Source of the DNA: Dehalococcoidia bacterium
GTDB lineage: Bacteria; Chloroflexota; Dehalococcoidia; Lucifugimonadales; Australimonadaceae
DNA length: 64,000 nt
NCBI GenBank assembly: GCA_965247635.1
Contig: CBDFHJ010000008.1
Location: forward strand, 135,653-199,652
Direction of reading: 5' to 3'
Shown here: in pieces, positions 19,901 to 28,157 of the stretch
Position numbering within the stretch: position 1 is the stretch's first letter
Layout of the letters: the number at the start of each line of letters is the position of its first letter
Notes under the pieces: generated by a model
What the model saw: only the letters and a program-made list of their open reading frames with translations
Databases searched by the model: none
Told to the model about the DNA's origin: nothing
Position numbers and translations under genes: made by a program

Positions 19901-20129
19901 TGTTGAGCACCTGGAAGACCCGTGGACTGACCCGGAAATACTCAACGGCGGCCTCCCAAGCGCGGGCGGTCTGCTGGGCTATCCGCAAGCCCTCTTGCGA
20001 CCAGCGGACCTGCTGGGTGGCGTCGCTCACCCCGGCCATCTCTCCCTGCGCGTTCTCAAAGACCGAAGTCAGCACCGCTGGGTACTTGCGCAGCGTTTCG
20101 TAGAGCTGCTCCTGCTCCGGTGTGGTCAT
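16929..20129 (-). CDS. large VWA-domain protein of the CbbO/NorD type (adaptor for CbbQ/NorQ AAA+ ATPases)
   Basis: 1066 aa. C-terminal von Willebrand A domain with MIDAS DxSxS (VVFLLDMSASTAE) and ..FLFVISDGRPQD... Long helical N-terminal region and acidic tracts (EEEDRQTLSQEMLEELL, ERKQEEDEQEQ). The start ATG overlaps the Nudix stop (ATGA at 20126-20129). Confidence 0.75.
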   Translation of the reverse strand: MTTPEQEQLYETLRKYPAVLTSVFENAQGEMAGVSDATQQVRWSQEGLRIAQQTARAWEAAVEYFRVSPRVFQVLNMSQFLRWADTGATLCHDSPTVAAAFFRASPTALLNLHARHIPGWAGLGHGLFRGTWKSSNLAARFFELSPELTNYLTFRELESFGALVEALSQRSYDLAAECLHLGQRVLPTISERTEVISLARTLASSSWREVRGCFEAVGKINASIGPKQRAQFITLAERLSRQGMTNVASFIVESAQALALAPSERQDALLEQAASLASYTPEAVGSFLKSLPRILERISPSQVETWFQHGVSLLEENPDSGVAYFKLESSRAEDVLDTLSSSIELEKVKGLFSIYSRALAGSSVELLPVQDLAVKNIGWVSMEQASTDGKRIFLPPIVDREARKQDNFAWLKVVTTHQVGHLEFGSFELEFGQPAPLFKDLRPALAKRRPRHAESGFTTDMSEFFDLFASRQLASDIFGAVEDGRVDTALLFRYQGLASHYRWVQTDALAHRPSIQDMPVQMAMVELLVRLSLDFDQQVPVPIAYTRQARAIAALLKRVQSPTATVEDSAEATIRIYAVISKLPNDEVSPEDWEDQGFGDVEFEEGDTKGMVKQIAEERKQEEDEQEQPGGYESPEEVDFRGDFKPEMVQLLTRIRGTEGVDEEEDRQTLSQEMLEELLKASAELELSEDGDVVTFAQNLLQEQGVDLPPARSSAGYQDIPHQEERGGALDVKEPRSYVYDEWDFRANDYRPRWCIVQEKQVLMGETRFYAETLQNYSGLMDQIRRQFEAVKPEMYRKVKRLPEGEDVDLDAGIEALIDLRTGLVPDEKIYWRRNKAERDVGVVFLLDMSASTAEAVEEAKRDAEWDIPTDPAAYAAWLRVRRGEGGRRQYKRIIDVEKESMVLLMTALEMIGDQYGVYGFSGFGRENVEFYVIKEIEEPLSDQVKSRLDKVSPLHATRMGPAIRHAATKLEQVSAKTKFLFVISDGRPQDRGYSREGVEKEYAVQDTRMALMEARKKDITPFCLTVDRQGHDYLRTMAGDMGYEVLPDVMDLPSRLPYLYRRLTI

Positions 20130-20803
20130 CCCGACACCTCAGTGGAATGGACATCGCGGCTCTCGGCCAGCAGCTCCAAGAGGTCGGCTACGATCCGCGC
20201 GGTGGCGCCGAACACAAGATGATGCCCGAACGCGTAGGTACGGCGGCGGGCTAGGGAGCCGTCCGGCTGCACGACGGCTTCATGCCGTATCGCTCCTTCT
20301 TCCAACAGCCATTCCATGGGCACCTCTAGGAGCTCGGCCACCTCCCCCTCGTTTGCGGTGAAGGTGTAGTCGTCAGGTAAGGTGCCCACCGTGGGCGATA
20401 CCGCGTACCCCGTCCGGGTGTTGACCTGGTCCAGCGCTCCCAGCACCGTTACGTCCTCCGGCCGCACTCCCACCTCTTCTTGCGCTTCCCGGAGCGCGCA
20501 ACCCCTCAGGTCCGTGTCCTCGGCCTCCAGCCGGCCTCCGGGAAAGGCCACTTCACCTCGGTGCTCGTCGAGCTGGTCGGAGCGGCGGCACAGCAGCAGG
20601 CGCCACGCGCCGTCCCGGCGGAACAGCGGCACGAGCACCCCCGCGGCGCGCAGGCCCTCCCCGCCAACGGTCTTTGGGCGGTATGCGGATAGGGCCAGGC
20701 TTAGACGTTCGATGGAGAAATCGGGGGCGCGGTCCATTTCCTGTACCACCGTGGTGATCGGATTGCGTACTGGGCCTGGAGGGAAGAGCAGCCACCTGCG
20801 CAT
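20126..20803 (-). CDS. Nudix hydrolase of the CoA pyrophosphatase type (NudL/PCD1-like)
   Basis: Nudix box GGRLEAEDTDLRGCALREAQEEVGV, preceded by the CoA-pyrophosphatase signature LLLCRRSDQLDEHRGEVAFPGG (compare LLT.RS..L..H.G...FPGG). ATG 20803 abuts the cbbQ-like stop (TAG at 20804-20806). An alternative start is at 20737. Confidence 0.75.
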   Translation of the reverse strand: MRRWLLFPPGPVRNPITTVVQEMDRAPDFSIERLSLALSAYRPKTVGGEGLRAAGVLVPLFRRDGAWRLLLCRRSDQLDEHRGEVAFPGGRLEAEDTDLRGCALREAQEEVGVRPEDVTVLGALDQVNTRTGYAVSPTVGTLPDDYTFTANEGEVAELLEVPMEWLLEEGAIRHEAVVQPDGSLARRRTYAFGHHLVFGATARIVADLLELLAESRDVHSTEVSG

Positions 20804-21670
20804 CTAGGGAAAGATGGAGGTCACCACCTCCTGAACGCTGCGATGGACTTCGAATTCGTCGCTGAGCCCCCACACCACGGCCACCTGGCAAGCACGCCGG
20901 GGAGCGATTCCCTTCACTATGAGCCTGCCGGCGTAGATAAGCAGGCGCGTGCTGACACCCTCCTGCACGCCGTGGCCACGCAGGTTCCGCACCTTTTCGC
21001 CCAGCAGCGCCAATGCCTCCGCGGTCTCCGTATCCACCCCCGATTCGTGCTCGATAATGGGGACCTCCAGCTCTCTGGGTGGAAAGTCGAACTCCAGGGA
21101 GACGAACCGCTGTCGAGTGCTGTGCTTGAGGTCTTTCAGGGCGCTTTGGTAGCCCGGGTTGTAGGAGATGACCATCAGGAAATCCGGGTGCGCTTGAATC
21201 ACCTCCCCCAGCTTCTCGATGTGAAGGAGCCGCCGATGGTCGGTCAGGGGGTGGATCAGCACCGTGGTATCTTTCCGAGCTTCCACCACCTCGTCCAAGT
21301 AGCAGATGCCGCCGTACTTCACTGCCCGGGTCAACGGCCCGTCAATCCACCGCGTTCCTTCGGCTTCCAGCAGGTAGCGGCCCACCAAATCGCTGGCCGT
21401 GAGGTCCTCGTGGCACGCCACCGTAACCAAGGGGAAACCGTGACGTCCGTTAGACGCGGGGAATGCCTGCCCAATCCGGTATGACATGTACTCGATGAAC
21501 CGCGTTTTTCCCGAGCCGGTGGGACCTTTGAGCAGAACGGGGAGCTTCTCCGCGTACGCGGCCTCAAAGAGCTCCACCTCGTCTCCCACGGGGAGATAGA
21601 ACGGCTCCTCCTCGAGCACGTACTCCTCCACGGGCTGGGACCTGTACAGCTCTTCGCGTTTCTTGGCCAT
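20804..21670 (-). CDS. CbbQ/NirQ/NorQ/GpvN-family MoxR-class AAA+ ATPase
   Basis: 288 aa. ..[15 protein letters not shown]...[19 protein letters not shown] (Walker A), ..[19 protein letters not shown]...GT.W.DGPLT.A...[27 protein letters not shown].., ..[19 protein letters not shown].. are near-invariant CbbQ/NorQ blocks. Confidence 0.9.
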   Translation of the reverse strand: MAKKREELYRSQPVEEYVLEEEPFYLPVGDEVELFEAAYAEKLPVLLKGPTGSGKTRFIEYMSYRIGQAFPASNGRHGFPLVTVACHEDLTASDLVGRYLLEAEGTRWIDGPLTRAVKYGGICYLDEVVEARKDTTVLIHPLTDHRRLLHIEKLGEVIQAHPDFLMVISYNPGYQSALKDLKHSTRQRFVSLEFDFPPRELEVPIIEHESGVDTETAEALALLGEKVRNLRGHGVQEGVSTRLLIYAGRLIVKGIAPRRACQVAVVWGLSDEFEVHRSVQEVVTSIFP

Positions 21671-21676
21671 AGCCAG

Positions 21677-22279
21677 CTAGTCCTTCCCCTGTATCCGCCG
21701 GCGCCAGAGGCCCTCCACCTTTCGACGCAGCGATTCTAAATCTTCACTGTTCTCGATGACGACGTCTGCCTGGACACGCTTCCACTCGTTTGAGGTCTGG
21801 GCCTCGATGCGCTGCCGCGCCTCTGCCGTGGTGAGTCTCCGGTGGCGTTGGAGTCGGGGAATTACTACGTCCGGAGACGCCCACACGACCCACACCTCGT
21901 CCACCAGGCTTTGCCACCCTGCCTCAAGCAGGAGGGGTGCTTCCACCACTGTCACGGCCTGGCCCGCTTGCTCCAGCTCCTGGAGCCGCTCACCGACCGC
22001 TTCACGGATAAGAGGGTGAAGTGCCGTGTTCAGGCGAGTGAGCGCGTCAGGGTCGCCGAAGGCCACCGCGCCTAGCCGGCCGCGGTCTACCTCCTCGTCC
22101 TTGCCCAGGACCTGATGGCCAAAGAGCGCCACCACTCGACGCCACCCCTCGGTGCCCCGCCGATATATCCGATGGCCTTCCTGGTCCGCCTCCACCACCG
22201 CGGCGCCCAGCGACCTGAGCAGAGAAGCAACCTCTCCTTTGCCCGCGCCTATGCCTCCCGTGAGCCCTATGGTCTTCAT
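21677..22279 (-). CDS. coaE: dephospho-CoA kinase
   Basis: MKTIGLTGGIGAGKGEVASLL..LGA.VV.AD P-loop N-terminus and a 200-aa length typical of CoaE. The stop lies 6 nt before the cbbQ-like ATG. Confidence 0.85.
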   Translation of the reverse strand: MKTIGLTGGIGAGKGEVASLLRSLGAAVVEADQEGHRIYRRGTEGWRRVVALFGHQVLGKDEEVDRGRLGAVAFGDPDALTRLNTALHPLIREAVGERLQELEQAGQAVTVVEAPLLLEAGWQSLVDEVWVVWASPDVVIPRLQRHRRLTTAEARQRIEAQTSNEWKRVQADVVIENSEDLESLRRKVEGLWRRRIQGKD

Positions 22280-22401
22280 GCTTTTCAGCGGTACGACGAT
22301 AACGGCGCGAGTCTAGCTATTCTAGCATGGCGCCTAGGGGTGAACAACGTCGCCAAGCCGTGGCAGCCGCCGTAACCACTATCCCGGCGGCCCTTGGTAC
22401 A

Positions 22402-24828
22402 ATGAGACCCGTGGTCAACCAGCACAACGAGCCTGTCACCGGCGCCGTCACGGCCAACGACCTGCGGCGGCGATCCCTGGAGCTGTTGGAGTTTTCACGT
22501 ATCCGTGAGCTTCTCGCGTCTTACGCTTACCTGCCGGTGTCGCGTGACCTGGCCCTGGCGCTGGAGCCAGCTTACGACGCTCCGACGGTAGCCCGACAGC
22601 AGCAGGAAACGGCGGAGGCGCGCCTCTTGCTGGAACGCGATGTCGACACCGTCCTCGCCCTCGACCGTGACGTCCGCCCCGTGCTGGACCGGGTGGCCAA
22701 AGGAGGGCAGCTCACCGGCGAGGAGCTTCTGGCGGTGGCGAACACCTTGGAGGCGGTCCAACTCGCCAAGTCCCTGGCTACACGTCTCCAGGCCCAGACC
22801 CCGCTGCTGCGGACCCTGGCCCGGAACATCCCTGACCTGCGCACTCTGGAACGGGAGATACGCCGAAAGGTTTTACCCACCGGCGAGCTGGCCGACGACG
22901 CGACACCGTACCTGCGGGAGCTTCGCCAGGAGAGCCGGCGAGCCTATCAGCACGCCGTCCGAGCGCTGGAACGGTTCCTGGCCTCCGACTTGGCTAAAGA
23001 GGTGCTCCAGGAGCGACTTATCACGGTCCGCGCCGAGCGGCTGGTGATCCCCGTGAAAGCCGATTTTCGAGGCCGGGTCCCGGGCATCGTTCATGCCGTT
23101 TCCGACTCGGGCGCCACCCTCTTCATCGAGCCGCTGAACAACGTGCGGCGATGCAACGCCTGGCGAGAGTGGGCGGCCACGGAGCAGGAAGAGACGCAGC
23201 GCGTCTTGCGCCAGCTATCGGCCGCACTGGCCAAACGGCTGGCCGACGTGGGTTACGCGCTGGAGCTTACGGGCCGCATCGATTTGGTGCTGGCCAAGGC
23301 CCGCTACGCTCGGGCCAGCGGTGCGGCGATGGTACAGACCAGGGAGGAGGGCACCCGGCTGGTGGACGGGCGGCACCCACTCATTCCAGGCGCCGTCGTG
23401 CCCGTTTCCCTCGCCCTGGACCCTCCGCTGACGGGTGTGGTCGTCACGGGTCCCAACATGGGCGGCAAGACCGTGGCCCTTAAGGCCCTGGGATTGCTGG
23501 TGCTGATGCACCAGGCTGGGCTTCAGGTGCCCGCCGAGCCTACCACGCAGCTGCCGATTGTGGACGGCGTCTACGCGGACATCGGCGACCAGCAGAGCAT
23601 CGAGCGGTCGGTCTCCACCTTTAGCTCCCACATCTCTACCATCTCCCACATTCTGGGTGTGGCCACCCCGCGCTCGTTGGTGCTGCTCGACGAGCTGGGC
23701 ACCAGCACCGACCCTGAGGAGGGCGCGGCCTTGGCGGGAGCCGTCCTGGCGCACCTGACGGACCGAAGCGTGCCGACCGTGGTCACGACACACCATCGGA
23801 GCCTGGCGGCCTTCGCTGAGGAGCATCCCGCCCTGGAGAACGCCAGCGTGGAGCTGGACCCGGTGACGCTACGGCCCACGTATCGCGTCACCATGGGCCT
23901 CCCTGGGCGCAGCTACGCGATGGAGGTGGCGCAGCGCTTGGGCCTTGACGACAGAGTCTTGCAAATGGCCAGGGACCTTCAGGACCCCGATCACAAGGCG
24001 GCGGAGGCCCTCTTGGCCGGCCTGCAGGAGGAGCGACACCGCACCCGGCGGCGGCTACAAGAGGCGGAAGATGCCCGGACCCGCGCCGACACCCTTCGGC
24101 AAGACCTAGAGAGGCAGCTCGAAGAGGTCGCCCAGGCGAAAGGGAGGGTGGTGGAAGAGACACGCCAGGAACTGATGGCCCAGGCCAGGGAGGTGCGGGC
24201 TAGGCTGAAGCAGGCGGAGGCGGCCGCGGCATGGGAGCCCCGTATAGGCGCGGGCGAGCCACCTCCGCCGCGGGTTACCGAAGAGGCTCATCGGGAGGTA
24301 GCTGAGGTCCAGCGCCTGCTCCGCTCCCGCATCTGGGGTCAGGGGACCCACCCTGTGCCCCGTAGAGGCCCCTTGACCATAGGCGACGTGGTGGAAGTGG
24401 ACCCGCTGGGATTTACCGGCACCGTCGCCACGGCGCCTGACGGAGACAAGCGTGTCGAAGTCCTGGTGGGCAACGCCCGCGTCCGGCTGCCCGTCGCGCG
24501 GCTCAGGAAGGTGGGCCAACGTCGTGACGTCGTGCCGCTGGGGGTGAGCAGCATCCAGCTCACCTCGGAGCGTCCCTTGCTGGGGCCTGAACCGGAACTG
24601 GACCTGCGCGGCCTACGGCTGCACGAGTCGCTGGAGCAGCTGGACCGCTTTCTGAGCGATGCCTTAGCCCAGGGTCATCAACACGTCCGGATCATCCACG
24701 GCAAGGGCACCGGCGTGCTCCGCCAGGGCGTGTGGCGGCACCTGGCCAACCACTCGGCCGTCCAGCGTTACGACTACGCCGACGCTCACTACGGCGGCGA
24801 CGGCGCGACAGTAGTGGAGCTGGAGTAG
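22402..24828 (+). CDS. mutS2: endonuclease MutS2 (MutS domain plus C-terminal Smr domain)
   Basis: ..LELLEF..I...L.., Walker A VVTGPNMGGKTVALKALGL, ..LVLLDELGTSTDPEEGAAL.., a coiled-coil region, and a C-terminal Smr domain (ELDLRGLRLHESLEQLDRFL..A...G...VRIIHGKGTGVLR). The start is uncertain (ATG 22327 or 22402). Confidence 0.9.
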   Translation: MRPVVNQHNEPVTGAVTANDLRRRSLELLEFSRIRELLASYAYLPVSRDLALALEPAYDAPTVARQQQETAEARLLLERDVDTVLALDRDVRPVLDRVAKGGQLTGEELLAVANTLEAVQLAKSLATRLQAQTPLLRTLARNIPDLRTLEREIRRKVLPTGELADDATPYLRELRQESRRAYQHAVRALERFLASDLAKEVLQERLITVRAERLVIPVKADFRGRVPGIVHAVSDSGATLFIEPLNNVRRCNAWREWAATEQEETQRVLRQLSAALAKRLADVGYALELTGRIDLVLAKARYARASGAAMVQTREEGTRLVDGRHPLIPGAVVPVSLALDPPLTGVVVTGPNMGGKTVALKALGLLVLMHQAGLQVPAEPTTQLPIVDGVYADIGDQQSIERSVSTFSSHISTISHILGVATPRSLVLLDELGTSTDPEEGAALAGAVLAHLTDRSVPTVVTTHHRSLAAFAEEHPALENASVELDPVTLRPTYRVTMGLPGRSYAMEVAQRLGLDDRVLQMARDLQDPDHKAAEALLAGLQEERHRTRRRLQEAEDARTRADTLRQDLERQLEEVAQAKGRVVEETRQELMAQAREVRARLKQAEAAAAWEPRIGAGEPPPPRVTEEAHREVAEVQRLLRSRIWGQGTHPVPRRGPLTIGDVVEVDPLGFTGTVATAPDGDKRVEVLVGNARVRLPVARLRKVGQRRDVVPLGVSSIQLTSERPLLGPEPELDLRGLRLHESLEQLDRFLSDALAQGHQHVRIIHGKGTGVLRQGVWRHLANHSAVQRYDYADAHYGGDGATVVELE

Positions 24829-24981
24829 GGAGCGGATGGCAGAGTTGGACGGTTGCGACAGTAAAGCTGATGTCCAGGCTACGGCTTTATCGGGTGCTGC
24901 AAACCCTATCCTAGCCGAGCTCTGGGACAATGACACAGACGCCGCTTACGGCAATACCTAGCTGCGGTGACCTGCTCTTGG

Positions 24982-25326
24982 TCAACTGCCCGCACTTTGC
25001 TCGCACAGGTCCTGGCGTCGATAAGCCTCCTTTTCCAGCGGGTGCCTCCTGCCACCGCCGTAGAACGGCTGTAGCACCAGGTATGCGACGAGCCAGGGCA
25101 GCACCAGCCATCGGGCTTGGTCGGTCCAGTGATAGCGCTCGTGGATCTGCACGCACGGGTCGTCCCATACGTGCGGCTCGTAGAGGATGAACGGGAAGAT
25201 GGTGACGGCGTGGACGCTAGCCGGAAAGGGCCTGGGTATGCGTCCGACTCGTACCTCTAGGCGTCCCCGGTGAAGGCGTATCACGGCTCCCCCCTTGCAG
25301 AACGCTGAGTTGTATTGCCGCTGCAC
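24982..25326 (-). CDS. small hypothetical protein with an HExxH motif (possible minimal metallopeptidase-like fold)
   Basis: 114 aa. ..AVTIFPFILYEPHVWDDPCVQIHERYHWTDQARWLVLPWLVAYLV.. contains H-E-R-Y-H followed by a hydrophobic helix. No family assigned. Confidence 0.35.
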   Translation of the reverse strand: MQRQYNSAFCKGGAVIRLHRGRLEVRVGRIPRPFPASVHAVTIFPFILYEPHVWDDPCVQIHERYHWTDQARWLVLPWLVAYLVLQPFYGGGRRHPLEKEAYRRQDLCEQSAGS

Positions 25327-25343
25327 CGGTCCAACGTTAGATG

Positions 25344-26396
25344 CTACTCGGGGTGGGAGTGGGATGGAAGGTTGTCGTGCTCGTGCGCGGCAACGGCGTG
25401 GTGGCGGTTACCGGAGGCGCTGGTTGGGTCCACATGGATCGCTACAGACCCCAGGTAGACCAGGTGACGCGTAATCTGGTGCTGGACCTCCGTGGCGATC
25501 CTATGGCCCTCTTGCACCGCTAGGTCTGGAGCCACGGCGATATTGAGGTCGGCGTGAAGCTGGTGGCCGGACCAGCGCACCCGAACGTCGGTGACCGCCG
25601 CGACGCCACGGACGTGCTGGGCGGCGTGGGTGACCTCGTCAACGATGCCGGGGTCAACTCGGTCCAACAGCCTCCCGAAGACCAGGGCCGACGACTGCCA
25701 GACGATCCTAAAGATCAGGGCCGTGATGATGAGGGCGATGATAGGGTCGGCGATGGTCCAGCCCAGCCCAAGGGCGCCGGCGCCCAGCGCCACGCCAAGG
25801 CTGGTGAGGCCGTCGACGCGGGCGTGGTAGCCATCGGCCACCAGTGCGGCGCTCCCGATCTGCTTGCCGACCCGGATTCGAAAGAGGGCCACGGCTTCGT
25901 TGGCGGCGAACCCCACGACGCCCGCCGCGGCCATGGCCCAAAGGAACTCTACGTCACGGGGATTGAAGAGCCGATCAATAGCCGTGTATCCCGCAAACAG
26001 ACCGCTGGCAAGGATCACCAGGACGATGAAAATACCTGCCAGATCCTCCACCCGGCCGTACCCGTAGGTGAACCCCCGGCTGGGCCGACGCTGGGCAAAG
26101 CGAAAGGCGATCCAAAGCGGAATGGCGGTAGATGCGTCGCCGAAGTTATGGACCGTGTCCGCCAGCAGCGCGATGCTGCCCGTGAGCAAGACGATGGCCG
26201 CCTGGATGGCTGCGGTCGCAAAGAGCACGACGAAGGACCACTTGACGGCCCATATGCCCCGTTGCGATGCGGCGATGGAGGGGTCGACCGCGCCGTGGAT
26301 ATGCCCCTGTGGCCCAAGGCCATGGGCGTGTTGGCTGTGGTCGTGGTGGTGGGTCCCTGAGGAGCTCGTGACTTGGATGCCTCTTGCGCCGGTCAA
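25344..26396 (-). CDS. cation diffusion facilitator (CDF) family divalent-metal efflux transporter
   Basis: ..LLTGSIALLADTVHNFGDA.. (TM2 HxxxD-type site) and ..ALVADGYHARVDGLTS.. (TM5 site), followed by a C-terminal cytoplasmic domain. Both termini are His-rich (HHHDHSQHAHG; HEHDNLPSHSHPE). Confidence 0.85.
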   Translation of the reverse strand: MTGARGIQVTSSSGTHHHDHSQHAHGLGPQGHIHGAVDPSIAASQRGIWAVKWSFVVLFATAAIQAAIVLLTGSIALLADTVHNFGDASTAIPLWIAFRFAQRRPSRGFTYGYGRVEDLAGIFIVLVILASGLFAGYTAIDRLFNPRDVEFLWAMAAAGVVGFAANEAVALFRIRVGKQIGSAALVADGYHARVDGLTSLGVALGAGALGLGWTIADPIIALIITALIFRIVWQSSALVFGRLLDRVDPGIVDEVTHAAQHVRGVAAVTDVRVRWSGHQLHADLNIAVAPDLAVQEGHRIATEVQHQITRHLVYLGSVAIHVDPTSASGNRHHAVAAHEHDNLPSHSHPE

Positions 26397-26433
26397 TTGC
26401 GCGGCGCAAGACCATTATGCCACAGCGGCCTTC

Positions 26434-26895
26434 TTACTTACTGCCCTTCTGGTACTCCGCGACGGCGTCTTGGAGGGTGCTCCACGCCAGCAGCGCGCAC
26501 TTGATGCGGATGGGGAACCGTTGGACCCCCTCTAGGGCCATCAGCTCGCCTAGCGCCTCCTCCTGCTCGGCGGTGGGCGCTTGGCCCTGCATCAAGCCCT
26601 TGAACAGCTCAGCCAGCGCCTCCGCATCCGGTAACGTCTTCCCTTTGAGCAGCTCGCTCATGATGGACGCCGACGCCTGACTGATGGCGCACCCCTGGCC
26701 GTCGACCCCCACCTCCGCGATGTGGCCATGGGCGTCCAGTCCAGCCGTTAGCACTACCTGGTCGCCGCAGAAGGGGTTGAAGCCCCTGGCCGACAGGTCC
26801 GGCGCGCTCACCAGGCCGTGGTTACGGGGGCTGCGGTGGTGGTCCAGGATGATCTCCTGGTAGAGGTCGTCAAGTCCGTCGAGTTGCATTGCCAA
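26434..26895 (-). CDS. sufU: SUF-system Fe-S scaffold/sulfur-transfer protein SufU (NifU N-terminal-like)
   Basis: ..LYQEIILDHHRSPRN.G.....N.FCGD.V.L......G.I......GQGCAISQASASIMSELLKGK.. shows the three conserved Cys in the SufU pattern. Confidence 0.85.
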   Translation of the reverse strand: MAMQLDGLDDLYQEIILDHHRSPRNHGLVSAPDLSARGFNPFCGDQVVLTAGLDAHGHIAEVGVDGQGCAISQASASIMSELLKGKTLPDAEALAELFKGLMQGQAPTAEQEEALGELMALEGVQRFPIRIKCALLAWSTLQDAVAEYQKGSK

Positions 26896-28144
26896 AGAAC
26901 CTCAGGGCCTCCTTGAGCCCGTCGACGAGGATGTCCACCTCCTCCTCCGTGTTGTAGAGGTAGAAGCTGGCCCTCCCGGTGGCGGGGACCTCCAGCTTCC
27001 GCATCAGGGGCATGGCGCAGTGGTGGCCGGCCCTGATGGCGATCCCCCAATGGTCCAACACCGTCCCGATATCGTGGGGGTGGATATCGCTGGCGTAGAA
27101 GGACACTACGCCGCCACGCTTTTCCAAGTCCGTCGGGCCGTAGGTGACCACCTCTTCCAGCTCCCGGAACCGCTCCAGGGCGTAGCCGGTCAGCTGCACC
27201 TCGTGCTGGCGGACGCGGTCCATCCCCAGGCTGCTCAGGTAGTCCACGGCCGCGCCCATGGCGATGGCGTCGGCGATGTTGGGCGTGCCCGCCTCGAACC
27301 GCATGGGGAGGTCGTTCCAATCGGCCCTGTCCAGCCACACCTCCTTCACCATCTCACCGCCGGTCAGAAAGGGGTCCATCTCCTCCAGCACCGACCTCTG
27401 CGCGTAGAGCACCCCGATGCCCGTGGGCCCGCACATCTTGTGGGCGGAGAAGGCCATGAAGTCGCACTCCAGGTCCTGCACGTCCGTCGGAACGTGAGGC
27501 ACCCACTGGGCGGCGTCGAGCAGCACGGCCGCGCCCACCCGGTGCGCCGCCGCCGTCAGCTCCTTGGCCGGCGTGATGGTGCCCAACACGTTGGACATCA
27601 TGGTCATGGCCAGCAGGCGCGTCTTCGAGGTCAGCAGGCGGTCTAGGTCCGTTAGGTCCAGCGTGAACTCCTCGGTGATAGGAATAAACCGCAGGACTGC
27701 TCCCGTCTGCTGGGCGACCTGCTGCCAGGGCACCAGGTTGCTATGGTGCTCCATCTCCGTAAGCAGGACCTCATCGCCCGCCTTGAGGTTCGTGCTGGCC
27801 CACGTCTGCGCCACCAAGTTGATGGCCTCGGTGGTGTTCCGGGTCCAGATGACCTCCTCAGGCGACGGCGAGTTGATGAACCGCGCCACCTTGACCCGCG
27901 CCTCTTCGTACTTGTCGGTGGCCTCCACGCTCAGGGTATGGACGCCCCGGTGCACGTTGGAGTTGTACCCCTCGTAGTAGTCCGTCAACGCCTGGATGAC
28001 GGACCGCGGCTTCTGGGACGTAGCCGCGTTGTCCAGGTACACGAGCGGCCTTCCGTTCACCGTCCGCGACAGGATCGGGAACTCCTGACGGATGCTTGCC
28101 ACGTCCAGGGGAGCTGGCGGGTCGGGTTGACGGCTGGTCGCCAT
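26870..28144 (-). CDS. sufS: cysteine desulfurase SufS (group II)
   Basis: ..FPIL.R.VNG.PLVYLDNAATSQKP..V..A...YY...NSNVHRGVH.LS.., PLP-lysine motif FSAHKMCGPTGIGVLY, and RAGHHCA. I prefer ATG 28144 (AAGGAGG plus 4 nt upstream, inside the sufD 3' end) over 28186. Confidence 0.9.
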   Translation of the reverse strand: MATSRQPDPPAPLDVASIRQEFPILSRTVNGRPLVYLDNAATSQKPRSVIQALTDYYEGYNSNVHRGVHTLSVEATDKYEEARVKVARFINSPSPEEVIWTRNTTEAINLVAQTWASTNLKAGDEVLLTEMEHHSNLVPWQQVAQQTGAVLRFIPITEEFTLDLTDLDRLLTSKTRLLAMTMMSNVLGTITPAKELTAAAHRVGAAVLLDAAQWVPHVPTDVQDLECDFMAFSAHKMCGPTGIGVLYAQRSVLEEMDPFLTGGEMVKEVWLDRADWNDLPMRFEAGTPNIADAIAMGAAVDYLSSLGMDRVRQHEVQLTGYALERFRELEEVVTYGPTDLEKRGGVVSFYASDIHPHDIGTVLDHWGIAIRAGHHCAMPLMRKLEVPATGRASFYLYNTEEEVDILVDGLKEALRFFGNATRRT

Positions 28145-28157
28145 GGGGCCTCCTTGC

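Noticed and set aside
20804-21670. The CbbQ-like gene taken as evidence for a Calvin-cycle (Rubisco) locus
   Set aside because: No Rubisco, PRK or carboxysome genes occur anywhere in the window. The family also serves NOR and unknown clients, so no carbon-fixation claim is justified.
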